In this document: positions 24,743-36,961 of the stretch, piece by piece
Position numbering within the stretch: the stretch's first letter is position 1
Layout of the letters: each line of letters opens with the position of its first letter
Origin: Ruditapes philippinarum
Lineage: Eukaryota
Direction of reading: 5' to 3'
DNA length: 64,000 nucleotides
NCBI RefSeq assembly: GCF_026571515.1
Contig: NW_026865682.1
Location: 124,001-188,000 of the forward strand
The notes under the pieces: model-generated
The model's database searches: none
Seen by the model: only the letters and a program-made list of their open reading frames with translations
Told to the model about the DNA's origin: nothing
Translations under genes and position numbers: made by a program

Positions 24743-26864
24743 GAAGAATGACAGAGTAAGAAACAATCTTCACACAGTTAATTTTAATCGCCTAACATTT
24801 CAGTTATTCTGTAAAAACAGAAGACATTTCTTTGTTGTTTTTTTTATAATTTGCCGGGTCATTAATAAATTGTTTTATTGCAATCACGTCTGTTAAACTA
24901 ATTCATTTTCAATACGTATCGTCAGGAAACATTTTTAGCATACTTTTTCCCATAGTTAATCTGTAGTCTGACGGTTCATAACATTTGCCTTTGGCCTCAT
25001 GAAAATAATTTATCATTATGAAGGTACAGAACGGGTGGTAAACGTCTACATTTATTGTAGAAATAATGATGTAACATTAAAATTAATGAAATTGTTTTCG
25101 CGATGAAAATAAATGCCGTCAGCAATGTCTTTACACGTGCTCTGGAAAATGTCAGAAGAAGATATTGAGATTATTTTCCAATTACCTTCAAATGTTATGG
25201 AACGTATTGTAAAGTAAGAATATTTGCCTTCTGCATCAAACGTACTTTCATATAAAGTTTTTTTTATCTAAGTCAGAAATGCGGATTGTAGATTAAATAA
25301 GATTAAATTTAATGGCCTGCAAAAGTAATGTCTCCGTAAATAAGCCATATTAATAAATATAATCTGCAATTAAGATTTAATATAAATATATGCAAATACT
25401 ATCTATCCATTATAGACCATTATACAAAGCGGAACAATTTAAATTCTTCTTTCTCCTCTTTCTAATCAGCGAAATAGTTTTCCTGGCAACAGTCTAAGAA
25501 GCGAATGTCTTAACTCGTGAAATCGATGTGCGGTCGATTTGTTTGTTTAGTTTTTACGTCGCATGACAACAATTCAGGTCATATGACGCCGAAACAGGAA
25601 AGATTATTTTAGCTTATATCGTGTATTACAGACGTAAAGCAAACGGTTGCTGTAATTCTGATACATCAACTCCTTAAGGCAACCCCTCAGCCACAAAGGG
25701 GAAGTGCGATCTGCTATTTATTGTTTATCGTGTTACGAACTGAAAGCATGAGTTCTGTTGCCCGTACACGCAAAGAACTTATTTCTGTACTATTTTTATT
25801 AATTATTCTCGTGAAAGGTGACTTATGTTTTTGCTTTACCAAAGAATAAAGCTATATCAGAAACATTGAATCGTTTCCGAAAAAAGTTTACAGTATACTT
25901 AGGTATCTTTTTGAATCACACTTCAGCAGCTTATAGCGTAGAATTATGTAAGAGATGTCATCTTGCCAATGCTTGGTGAAATTATATATAAAGCACATAT
26001 ACATTTTGACGTCGACACTCTTGATAAAACTACATACATGTTTTTAATAAATATATTTTCCGATAAAGAATGAAATATTTATTATAAATAAGCTTTGCAC
26101 ACAAAGGAGTTGAATAATTTAAAACTATATCAAGTATAATAAAGCAATTACTCAAATGCAGTTTTTACATTTTTGTCGTATCACCACGTTATTTATATCA
26201 TGATGTAATACTTTCTTTACAAAACTGTTTATTACAGTGTGCAGTCAAGAATATGTGATATATTATATGATATATTATATATTTGTTTATTCATATGCAT
26301 TATTTTCTTACATTCAGTTTTGTTTTATTTTTAAAATAAACATGTCGTTTCCATAACCAATATTAACAATCATTATCAAGTTTTTAAGGAATATTTACAC
26401 CTTCCTATAATTGCGTGGCTTTTTTAATCAAGATAAGTAGAAGTTGTTTGTTTGATTACATTTCAATGATCTGCAAGTGAACATTTATTGACAATGATGT
26501 AACAGTTACGAAGATGCTTATTATAAAATAATGTTATAAGAGTGTAATACAGTACATGATTTATAAGTTGTAGTTGTAGTTTTAACTAACTTATTTGCAC
26601 CAACTTGTTTGAGGCTTACATACTAAAGTGTCCGTCGCAGTATGGCAAGTAAGATCGCCATTTAACTCAAACAAACAAACAAACAAAGTTAAGTCAGTTA
26701 ACGTGCTACGATCCATGTTTTCAGCTCAGTTCTGCGGATACTTGTGTTAAGGGGCATGAGTGTAGCTTACATGGATCATCGTTTTCCAAGAACATACGCA
26801 ATCCAAGCAAGCGAAATGTTAGTGTAATAGTACTAGGTATTCTTTAAAGTGTGCATTTTTGATT

Positions 26865-27003
26865 AAATAGAGAAAATAAGAATCCCTTAAGAAAGCCCAA
26901 CACGTCAAAATTGAAAATGTTGCAGACTCGGTTTGATTGAGCCATTTCATGGACGGTACCGTCAAGTGCAAACTACCGTCCACGCCCCCTTTCACCGGCT
27001 TAA
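26865..27003 (-). repeat. Dispersed copy of the 3.6-4.7 kb repeat family
   Basis: AAGAAAGCCCAACACG.CAAAATTGAAAATGTTGCAG.CTCGGTTTGATTGAGCC...CACCGGCTTAA is near-identical to 4048-4187. Other fragments lie at ~18815-18900, ~48925-48962 and ~55840-55935. Confidence 0.85.
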
Positions 27004-27349
27004 ACCTGCTTAAGAGGTAAATGGCAGTTCAACACATTTCCTAACATGCCCAAGCTAACATGAATTAGAAGTATTAAATCTTCGAAACGGAACGCATTTA
27101 ACTTTTTATCATGAAGTATAAAAACTTAAAGAAACCCCTTCTCCTTCTCATTTAAGTCAAATGATCTATATGTCAAGATTTATGCATTTTATGTAATAGC
27201 AACAATTTCGATAAAAGCAACTAGAAACTGCCGCTAGAAACTCCCGATGAACTTCAGTATTTCTTTTACAAAATACAGTCTGTTTATTTTCAGCTTTGAC
27301 GTATTGATGTATAAAACAAGAACAGGTGCCGTCGGACAGAACAATTTCT

Positions 27350-27600
27350 TTGATGGGTAATTAAATCTTACCTTCAAGTGTGAGCCCTTCAGTAATATTC
27401 CATTTCAATCATTATTTGATTTTAAGCAAACACCATTCCATTTACATCTGACACGGGACTACGTCATTTGTATTATTTGTTGAAAGTCTGTGTCAGCTAT
27501 GAGTGTAATCGTGCGGAAACATATCGAAGGAATATCATTCAATACTAGGTTGTCTAGACATTAAACTTTAACACGCAATTAAAATCAATTATCACTTTAA
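27350..27600. repeat. Non-coding block paralogous to 31587-31820
   Basis: Shared colinear segments ATGGGT.ATTAA, TATTCCATTT.AATC.TTATTTGATTT, CAAACACCATTC, CATCTGACAC, CGTGCGGAAA, AAGGAATA, TCTAGACATTA. Confidence 0.8.
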
Positions 27601-28299
27601 TTCTAATTTTTATCTATTTTTTTAGAATGCTTCATATTTGTTTATACAAAAATTAAATAAATTGTACCACAGTGTAAGCTTATTTAAGTGAAATATTGGT
27701 GCTTGTACGCACATGTTTGTTAGACAGATACCTGTTTGTTTTATTCATTTAAACATAATACAAATATTTGTCTTTCCCGTTACACTTACTTTGAATGACA
27801 ATAAAATTTGCCAAGCGAAAATAATGATTTTTAAGTTGCTGTACAATAGGCGTAAATGATAATTAGAGTTTGTTGCGTAAACGACTTTCTGGCATAAGTT
27901 TCAGTTGTCCATGTAAGTGCCAATGGTCAATGAATAGGTAAAGTAAATACCTTAACAGTTTGCCATAATTGTGTTAACGATTAACTTTTGAAAGGAATGT
28001 GGTAGTGTTTTTGTGATTAAGGTGTTTTTTATTGTTATATTCTATCATTAACATTTTTTTCAATATCAATTATAGGTCAATCGCCGTTAAAATAGTCAAT
28101 ATTTCAGCATATGTTACTATGTTTTCTTAAGTAAGCATTAACATATTTTCTAAGGTCAATATCAAGTTTCAAGTTTCAAGTTTATTGGCAAATCGACAAT
28201 GAACATTGTCTTTGGCCATTTACACACATACATTATATGGCAAAGACATTTAACAGCAATATAACTATAAACATGTTTACCCAATATCAACCAATAAAT

Positions 28300-28950
28300 T
28301 TTTATTTTAAATGCTTTTAAACCATTTAGATCAAGTAAACAAGAGCTGGGTTGTAAAGTATTTTGACATTAAGATTGCTCGTAATGGTCTTGAATATACG
28401 GCAATACTGTTTTACGCTTAATAATACCACATCTTATATTTATGCCCTATGTCATCGGTAGCTTTTTGCAAACAATTTATGTAGCATTTTAAAGTACATG
28501 TACTAACATTATTTCAGGCTGCAAACAAATCCAGCATAAAAAAGTACGGTGCAAATTATTTTGACTCCGTTGAAATTAACCTTTAAAATAATTTGTTTCT
28601 TATGAATTTTGTTTAAAATTGTTTTTCATTAAGATCCGTATTACTATTATATTCTTGTAACACAATCCTGACAGAGCGATGCATTAAAGCATTGCAAACC
28701 TTTTTGGTTTAATTTCAAAATGAGTTGTACAAGTGGGGTTGATAATTTAATACCATGTAAAATACAAAATAGAGACATTGATGGAAGTTTCAGGTTGTTT
28801 TGGGCGTCTGTCTGGCATTTGTGTTCTTAAATTATTTTTAGATAATATTCGCTTTAGGGTACAAATCATGAAATATATTGATAACAATCCAATTCCCTTT
28901 ACAAAAGTCTTTGATCTTCAAAGGAACGTATTATGTTCATATTTAGATTT
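28300..28950 (-). pseudogene. Possible heavily decayed paralog of the 7TM receptors
   Basis: Colinear minus-strand islands: IIRS at 28934 (cf IIRL), KIICTVLFYAGFVC at ~28530 (cf KFIVIFICFVVFVGFVS), RIFKTI at ~28397 (cf KIFKTT). Spacing is similar to the intact gene. Many stops and frameshifts. Confidence 0.35.
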
Positions 28951-31900
28951 TGTTTCTTTTTTTAGTTTGTCATTAACACACAGTAAATACCTCAGAGCAT
29001 GGTGTCCATTATAAAAGTGTTATTTTAGCTACATTATAGACTATCTATTTACTTATTAAAGTATTTAATCATATTTGGGTTTCTGGAAACAAAACAACTA
29101 TTTTTTCTTATCTCAAATGCTACATTGACACAATTGTCAACAAATTATACCGTGTACTTTAAAAATTGATGATTTCGGTTTGTACTTGTAATGATATGTG
29201 TGGTGACCACGCCAAAACATTTAGAACAATACTTCGAATTTGGATTCGATTTTAAATGACTGCATAAATCAAAGTTTCATCGTTTTTTTTCTAAATGTGT
29301 TTCAATGAAAATTTGAAAGATTATTTGTTAACACAGTCTATTTACAAATTATAATGATAAATTCCAAAGAAATCTTCAATATGAAACTGAAACTGACATG
29401 ATAATCAATGTACAAAAATCATGTTGAAAAATTAATCTAGTACAAGACAGAATGCCAGAAGTCTAAAGCAATCAAGTACCAATAAATGTAGCAGCAGACA
29501 TTAGTCTTTCAATGATCTACAACAAACTGATCTTTTGTTATTGCAATCCTTTTGGTAAAAACTTATATGTTTTTTCTTGTTTAAAGGTTTTATCAATTCG
29601 AATTACTGCAGCATGTCTAATGAAAGCAGCACATCAAATACGACACATATCTAATAACCGCAGCAAGTCCAATATGCGGCAAGTCCAATAAATGTTGAAA
29701 CTGGTTGATCCTTGGAATATTTTGCAAAAAAACAACAGTATTCTATAAACATAATAGATTCGGTTTATTAACTCGGTTCAAGCACCGGTTTTAGCCCTTA
29801 GCTTCAATCATGCAATTATTGTACTGCAGTGAACCAGAAAAAAAAGAAAAAAAAAACCAAACAACTATTAAAACATTACGGGACAATTAAACGAATGTCT
29901 GAAAGCACCTGACACCGACGTGCTAGTGAATAAACAAGCAGACATTTCTTTTTTCTTGTGTCATTAGTGAACTGTTTCTATCGAAACAACTTCTATTGAT
30001 GTATTTAAGCCAGGTAATATTGTAATTGGTCTTACAAATACTCTCAGACCGTTTACATATAACATATCTTTATATTTTCATGAACTTTAAGATTGCGTTT
30101 GCTTAGCCAGGACTGGTCTATATCTGTTTTATTGATAATTAAAAATGCATTAATATTAAAAAGTTTGCAATTTAGTAATTATAAACCCTGTTTGCTATAT
30201 ATTACACGAACGATGGAAACTATCAGGAGATCTGATACTATAATTATTTTGAAACCAACCTTTGATTTCTATCAGCGTTATTTTAGTTAAAACAGAATTT
30301 TTTATTCTGCACGAAACAAATTTAACTTTGATATTGTGAGAAATACTGGTCAAAATTGTATAGGAAATTGAAATCAAAATGGTTACAAAAATGGCTTGAT
30401 ATATCTAGAGACATGGGATCGGGTACACTGACTAGTAATGTAAATAAATATTCTTTGTATTGTTTCTTCTCAATACAAGAGATTGTGTTTTCCTTGTTTC
30501 TAATATAATGCCTAATCGGCAGAATTTTGCTGTAACTATAAATTACACCGCATATTTTGTCATGTCCCATTAATCTTCAGTTTTTCTTATGAATAATATA
30601 CAATTCTAAAGTTGGGAAATATTGTTTTGTCAATACAATGAATTGTGCCCTAAAACATCTGTGAAATAATTAATGCAATAAACATGCTTTAAACATATCT
30701 CAAGTATAATTTAGCAATCACTTAATATGTGTCGACTGTACGTATTGTACTTTTATGAAATTATTTTTTGTTTAGCAACTAAATATCTGTACAGTTGAGA
30801 ATACAAGACATGTTATGTGGCCGTTTTATAAATATTGCTTCTATAACTTTTCTTCATCTAACGATTATAACTCTGTATTGAATAGGAGGGTTATTTTGTT
30901 GTTTAAATTCTTCCGAAGGGATCACCTTTTTTCCATCTCTTTATACTCCATAACGGCGGGGTTCCAATACAGTGTAGCAGTTTTTCAATGTTACCCCATA
31001 CGTTACTTCATTGTTGTTGTATTTTTCTGACCCTTCGGGATCATTGATTCAAGAACATTAAGTGTTGAAAATTGAGTACCGCTCGGACCTATGGTAATAA
31101 TGGGCTGCTTCGGGGTTGTCGCGTTTTCGATGTCCTGATTTAAAGACTCAATTGGACAGAAAGTGGAAATTTCCATGTAATTATGTTGTTTTAATGCTTC
31201 ACCCATCTTCCACATTGTTCAAATTGATTTCTACGACGATATATTTGAGTTTTACATTTGTCCTAACTCGCTCCTTAACACAATCATGCGCAAGAAAGCC
31301 GAATATTTAAGTGTAACGTTTTAGCAACATTATTGTTTAACTTCTTTCAGGTTAACAATTTGAAACCGAGCAACAAAAATAAGCACTCGAAGTAAAGTTA
31401 CGCAACATCAGCGGTAAGTGTAATTTAATGAGGAAATCAGTAACATTTATTAGAGTTTTTAACATATTAATATGCCGATTATAATTGTAAAATAAAATGT
31501 GTTCGTTTCTATCTTTGCCATATGGTTGGATATTATCGCAGTCAATTACAAAAACCAAATGCCTCCTGCAGGGGGAATTTCTCTGAATGGGTGATTAAGT
31601 TTCATGCTTAACTGTAATGCCTAACAGATTATTCCATTTTAATCGTTATTTGATTTAAAACAAACACCATTCAATTAGCATCTGACACTAAATTACACTA
31701 TTTCAATAATTGATTATAACTCTGTATTGAATAGGAGAGTAAACGTGCGGAAAGGTTTTCAAGGAATAGCATTTGCGATAATTCTAGACATTAGATATTA
31801 GCACGTATAAGAATTCAATAAGCAAATTGTTTCTAACAGCAAAAATCTTTTAAAAGGCGCTTCTTATCATGCGCAATTTAAAGATGTTTGTACCATATTT

Positions 31901-32599
31901 CACACTGTATTGGCTAACATATGTCTTTGTTTCAGTAAAATGCTGATGTCGTTTACAAAGTGATTGCAAGTTCGTTTCCGTTATCGAACACAATCAAAAT
32001 ACAAGTATATGAACACAAGATGAATTTTGAACGACGATAAAGTTTGACAACCAGAAATTATATGTGTACATTATGTATACAATTGATGAATGTTTAAGAT
32101 AAATCAAAAATTTATATTTGTTCCTTGGCATCTGTTAGGTATTTGTTTTCTTAAATTGACTATTTTGAAAGAATAGTTGTGTTCTTTTTCTTGACATAAG
32201 ACAGATCTGAAGGAATATATTGATTTTCATATTTTTGTAAATTTCCCTTGATTATTACCCCTGTAGAATTGCTAACTTTTTAATTTAGTTGAATTTTAGA
32301 AGTTTTGTTCCTTTTTATATTTAGTCCACCAAATAGACATTGTAGAAAAGTAAATATCTTCGAACGTACTATATAATTATTATAAATCATTTTGCTTCGC
32401 TACTTGTCGTTCATTTAGCTATCAAGATATTCAATATTCATTAGTTTGAATAGGATATTTATAATTCTGTAAAGAAAACAATTAACTACTATTATCCAAA
32501 AAGAAGATCCATAACATTATCAACAATACGATTTTTTATGATTATACACCTGCGGAGTTGACAAGAACTTAAAATCATTTTGTTATTCAAGACAAAGGA

Positions 32600-32930
32600 T
32601 AATTTGTGATCACAGACTATTTTTAAATTATGATGATCAATTCCAATGACAAATTCATTATAAATTTAACAATTTCATGATAATCAATGTAAAGCAATGT
32701 TGTTAAAAAATGGAGTTTGTACAGAACAAAATGCAAGGAGTGTAGTGCAATAATATACAAGTAAATAACACGGCGAACCTCTTAATTTGTGATAATTATC
32801 TATGATAGCATTCTTATTGTTATTGCAATCATTGAGATAAGAACTCATTTGTTTAAATTTGTCTAAAGATTTTATCAAATCAAAACAAGGAGCAATAATT
32901 GAATACTAATTCTTTTGTCCATTGATTACG
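32600..32930 (-). pseudogene. Probable decayed paralog of the 7TM receptors (TM2-TM3 region)
   Basis: Minus strand reads KRISIQLLL (cf ARFLSIVLL), then VLISMIAITIRMLS*IIIT at ~32788-32841 (cf VFVSVTVYGVGLRMVSYIVIA), and in an adjacent frame SVQTPFF (cf VIQSPFF). Confidence 0.45.
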
Positions 32931-33705
32931 TAATCAGTGGGCTTATCACGCATCCGGAAAATGATATACTGCACGCCAGGAAACAAATTATAAAATGAAA
33001 ATGAGACAAAGGAATCAAGTTTTGTTTTGTTACCTTGTTTTAAATGTTTTGTTTTGTTTTGTTTCTTCTTTGGACTTGTATTTAAATCACCAAAACATTT
33101 TTGTCGTATCTCCCTATTTAACTAAGCGAGTGAACAAACTTAAGTGACGACGAAATATCAGTACCTGACCCACAAACAGTCAAGCATTACTAGTAATGAT
33201 GTTAAAGTATGTACTGCAGTAATTTTCAACTATTGATACTGAAACAGAATAACTCACGCAGAGGATTGCTACTACTGGTACTGGAACTGCATTGTGTACC
33301 ACAAATTATACTGTAGAGCAGTGCCAATGTAGTTTTTTTATTTCTTATGAAGTATTGAAAGACTAGATTTCTAACATTTCATGTTATATTTTATTCATTT
33401 ATAAAAGTGCAAATTTTTAAATCCAAATCTTATTTAAGAAAAACCATAAAGATTTAAATGAGAATTTGTAGCTTTAGAGAAAATATAATAATACATTCGT
33501 CTTAAATTGTCATAGCAGTTTAGTTTGCCCTTGTGTAACTGTTAAAAGCAAACAAATAGCAAATCATAACAAAGGTGCGTGTTATTATATACAGGAAGAA
33601 AATGGAAGGTTGATTATTTCACATGCGATGTAATATAAGCCGATCTGATTAATGTTAAAGTGAATAGAAATATATACGATATGATCGTATGTGATGCAAA
33701 AATTA

Positions 33706-34561
33706 AACAAGAAACATGGCAATGCCACGAAACCAGGTTTTCAAAAATGTTGTTCTGATTCTATACTATAGTATGAATTTTGGAATGAAGATTGCTATGA
33801 ATATTCAAAAGATTATAACATGACATGAAGGAAAAGATAATATTCATGAGAATACATGATAATGAGTAGGATGTAAATTTCGGCTAACAATACTGTCTGC
33901 AAGGAGTATACTTAATAATGAGACAACAATTTGAGTTAAATGAAAGCAAGTTTGAGAGGGTTCTATAGATGTTTTAGTACAATCATTGAGACATCAACTG
34001 CTGAAACATCATATAGAAATATACGCTTGCTCTAAAATTCTTCAAAAAGTTCAAATTTTTTAAAATTTTCAAGTTACAAAGTAGACATGAAATAATATAT
34101 CATATCTTTTTTAAATTACCTCCAAAGATGATATGACCTTTGACTGCCAAATCAAGTTAAAATCATGTAAACAGGATTTTCAATGTTAATGTCACTGTGA
34201 CCTTGACCTTGGAGCCAGCCATGCGGAACATGCGTTCTGCACGTCATCTTGATGTGGTAAACATTTGTCTGAAGTTTCATTAAAATTCTTCAAAGGGTTG
34301 AAGAGTTACAGAGCGGACAGGATTTTCAATGTTAATGTCACTGTGACCTTGACCTTGGAGCCAGCCATGCGGAACATGCGTTCTGCACGTCATCTTGATG
34401 TGGTAAACATTTGTCTGAAGTTTCATCAAAATTCTTCAAAGGGTTGAAGAGTTACAGAGCGGACACAATTTCGTTTGACGCCCGCCCGCCCATCCGCCCA
34501 TCCGCCCGCCATACCCCAATCTAATAACCAGGATTTTCAAAATTGAAAACCTGGTTAAAAA
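33706..34561 (-). mobile_element. HINE/pearl-type element (reverse orientation) with two near-identical 146-bp repeats
   Basis: AACAAG end plus hairpin CATGGCAATGCCACG and subterminal AACCAGGTTTTCAA; repeats start at 34171 and 34317; (CCCG/CCAT)n microsatellite at 34480-34510; terminal palindrome AACCAGGATTTTCAAAATTGAAAACCTGGTT then an A-run. Confidence 0.8.
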
Positions 34562-35859
34562 GCAATACTTCCAAAATGTGTGTATAAAATAAAAAAGCCA
34601 ATAAATTGCTTTAAAGTGAATGGTGCATGCACAAAGTCATTGCTAAACGAATAAAACCCTACATAAAATAGCAAAATAATATTTTGTTCATTCTGTTTAC
34701 GTACATTTTTCATGTGCATTAAATAACAGAGACATACTATGTTACAACTTTTCCGAGAATCAGCCATATTATAATGAAACAAATATAATTTTACTGTTGA
34801 TACATTTTCTTTAAATATTTTATAAGATATAGATTTATACCCTTTCATCAAAAGAGTAAAAATAACACAATTTTTGTATTTAAAAATAACTAAAACTTGA
34901 CTATTATTGACCTTAACTATGGATGTAGTAATTTTGTTTGTAAATACAAATACGGTATGATTGATTTGTCTTAAATTAAAACTATATATTTAAAATATTT
35001 CTTGTAAAATACTGTTAACACTATTTTCTTTTCTTTTTTTTCAATCAAGTAAACAGTAAATATTTTTACCACTTATGCTTGATATTTTAACACTATTTTA
35101 TATTTTTTTCAATCATGTAACCAGTAAATATTTGTCCCCTTATACTTGATACTTTAATGCTAAATGTATTATATAAAAATTGTTCTAAACTAATAAATGT
35201 TATATTGATAGTGTGATAAATAATAATAAATTAATGAAAGTACTGTTGCTAATATTTAATAATTTCCAAACGAAGGTTCTGCTGCAATGTTCCAAAATTT
35301 AGTTATGGTACTGGTACTGGTCCTGGATAAATTAGCAACTGGAACAGGCTTTCTATTCCATAAGTACTTATGCATGTATGCTAACAAAAGAGTATTCTTC
35401 AACCAAAATGACTTTCCAAGTCAAGTCTGTCTATAGTGCAAGTTATTAAATGTCAGCCTTCAGACGATATGGTTATCTTTATTGCTTAACACATTAAATA
35501 TAAGAATGGCGAAATGCATGTAATAGATATATGTTGTTTCTACCTCTACGGTGGAAAGTATGCGCGCTACATTGTAATAATCTGTTTCTTATCAATTATT
35601 ATTGTGATTTTTCAGTTACTAAAATATTGTAGGATAAAAATAGAATTGATTAAGAATAGTTTAATGTTATTGTAAAGAAATTTAAATGCTACACCAAAAT
35701 ATGCATTTACTTTGCACAGGCATAAAATATCTTTGTCAAAATCAGGGTACATGTTCTTTCAGTTTACACTCTAGAAAAAATATTAAATTTTATGATTTAC
35801 GGTTATCGGAAAATTGCTACCCCGACATTCTGTAGAGATAACAGTCAGACGTGTGTTAT

Positions 35860-36217
35860 AAAATATGATAAACAAGATCAACAAGGAAAGGCGGCGTTCA
35901 ATGAACGCAACCCCCACATGACCCAGCAACAAGAACCAATGGCAAGGAGCCCAGGGGGACCCCAAACAAAAACAGGACAAAGACAGAGCACGGATAGGTT
36001 AATCATTAAATGATAATTAATTTGTAACTGATTAGGAATTCAAAGAAAATAAAAATAGGCCCACAAAGGGGAAGGGGACAGGAGACCGGGGGAGGGGGTG
36101 GGGAGTAATCAAAGAAATAAAAACTAGAGGCAATGGGAAGATACTTACCGTAGACGAGAAAACAACAAGGGACACAAGCAAAAGGCCACCCTTGGGACAG
36201 CCAAAAAGCCGTTACTG
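35860..36217. repeat. GC-richer interspersed repeat; related inverted fragment at ~59945-60050
   Basis: AAGATCAACAAGG...ACGCAACCCCC here versus GGGGGCTGCGT...CCTTGTTGATCTT at 60004-60046. The latter is an insertion relative to paralogous blocks at ~45535 and ~54830. Confidence 0.5.
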
Positions 36218-36237
36218 AATGTATATGATTTTGTAAT

Positions 36238-36342
36238 TGTCGTAGATTTACATATTATACTTTCCCGCGTTACTTTGTACGAAAATGGCGCTTTGTGATA
36301 CGTTGACGTCTGTGACGTCGTTATTGTTTATTATTGTTGTTG
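36238..36342 (+). repeat. 5' LTR (truncated by internal deletion)
   Basis: ~105 bp similar to 41037-41140, then fused directly to the last gag zinc knuckle (CQNRNRKHHTTIC at ~36341). Confidence 0.85.
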
Positions 36343-36743
36343 CCAGAATCGTAACAGAAAGCATCACACAACTATCTGTAAGTCTGATAGCCGTCGTAAT
36401 TCTAGTACAAAATGTGCTACACAGTAACCATCTGAAGCTACAGTAATGTATTCTACCGCGCATCAATTTAGATCCGGGGTATTGCTAAAGACAGCAATGG
36501 CTGACGTTTGTTAAAAAGATATATGTAGCAAAGCAACCATACTTTTTGACGAAGGAGCAAAAAGAAGTTTTATCACCGAAACTCTTGCAGACGAGCTTCA
36601 ATTAGAGAGGGAAAAATCTAAAACAATCCGACTATCTGCATTTGGGGGCAGAAGTAATCAGATGCAACACTTTGACCAAGCTACAGTGTATCTTGTTACA
36701 GACAGAGAACAGAAAATACCGCTGAAAGTTCTGATTGTCCCGA

Positions 36744-36961
36744 TTTTTTGTTTGTTTGTTTCATTTTTCGCCTTTTCCCAACTGTATTTCAGTCATATAG
36801 GCGGGTAGTTTCCTAACCATCGTTCCTGGAGAGTTACACCAGTACTAGACTACCTTCCTCCGCGCTAAACTACCAAAGCATCTCCCGAGGATCGAACCCA
36901 CGCCAGAGAGGTAACTAGATAAGAAGTTATCGACTCTAACCCCTCGACCACGGAGGCGGTC
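36744..36961 (-). mobile_element. tRNA-derived SINE (copy 2, full length) inserted in the Pao protease region
   Basis: Reverse complement of 13359-13525 plus a tail ATATGACTGAAATACAGTTGGGAAAAGGCGAAAAATGAAACAAACAAAC. Removing it restores VLIVP-TIATP. Confidence 0.88.

Noticed and set aside
24905-24927. Minus-strand CTGACGA-TACGTATT-GAAA hammerhead-like match
   Set aside because: No credible stems I or III and no cleavage triplet; expected by chance in AT-rich DNA.
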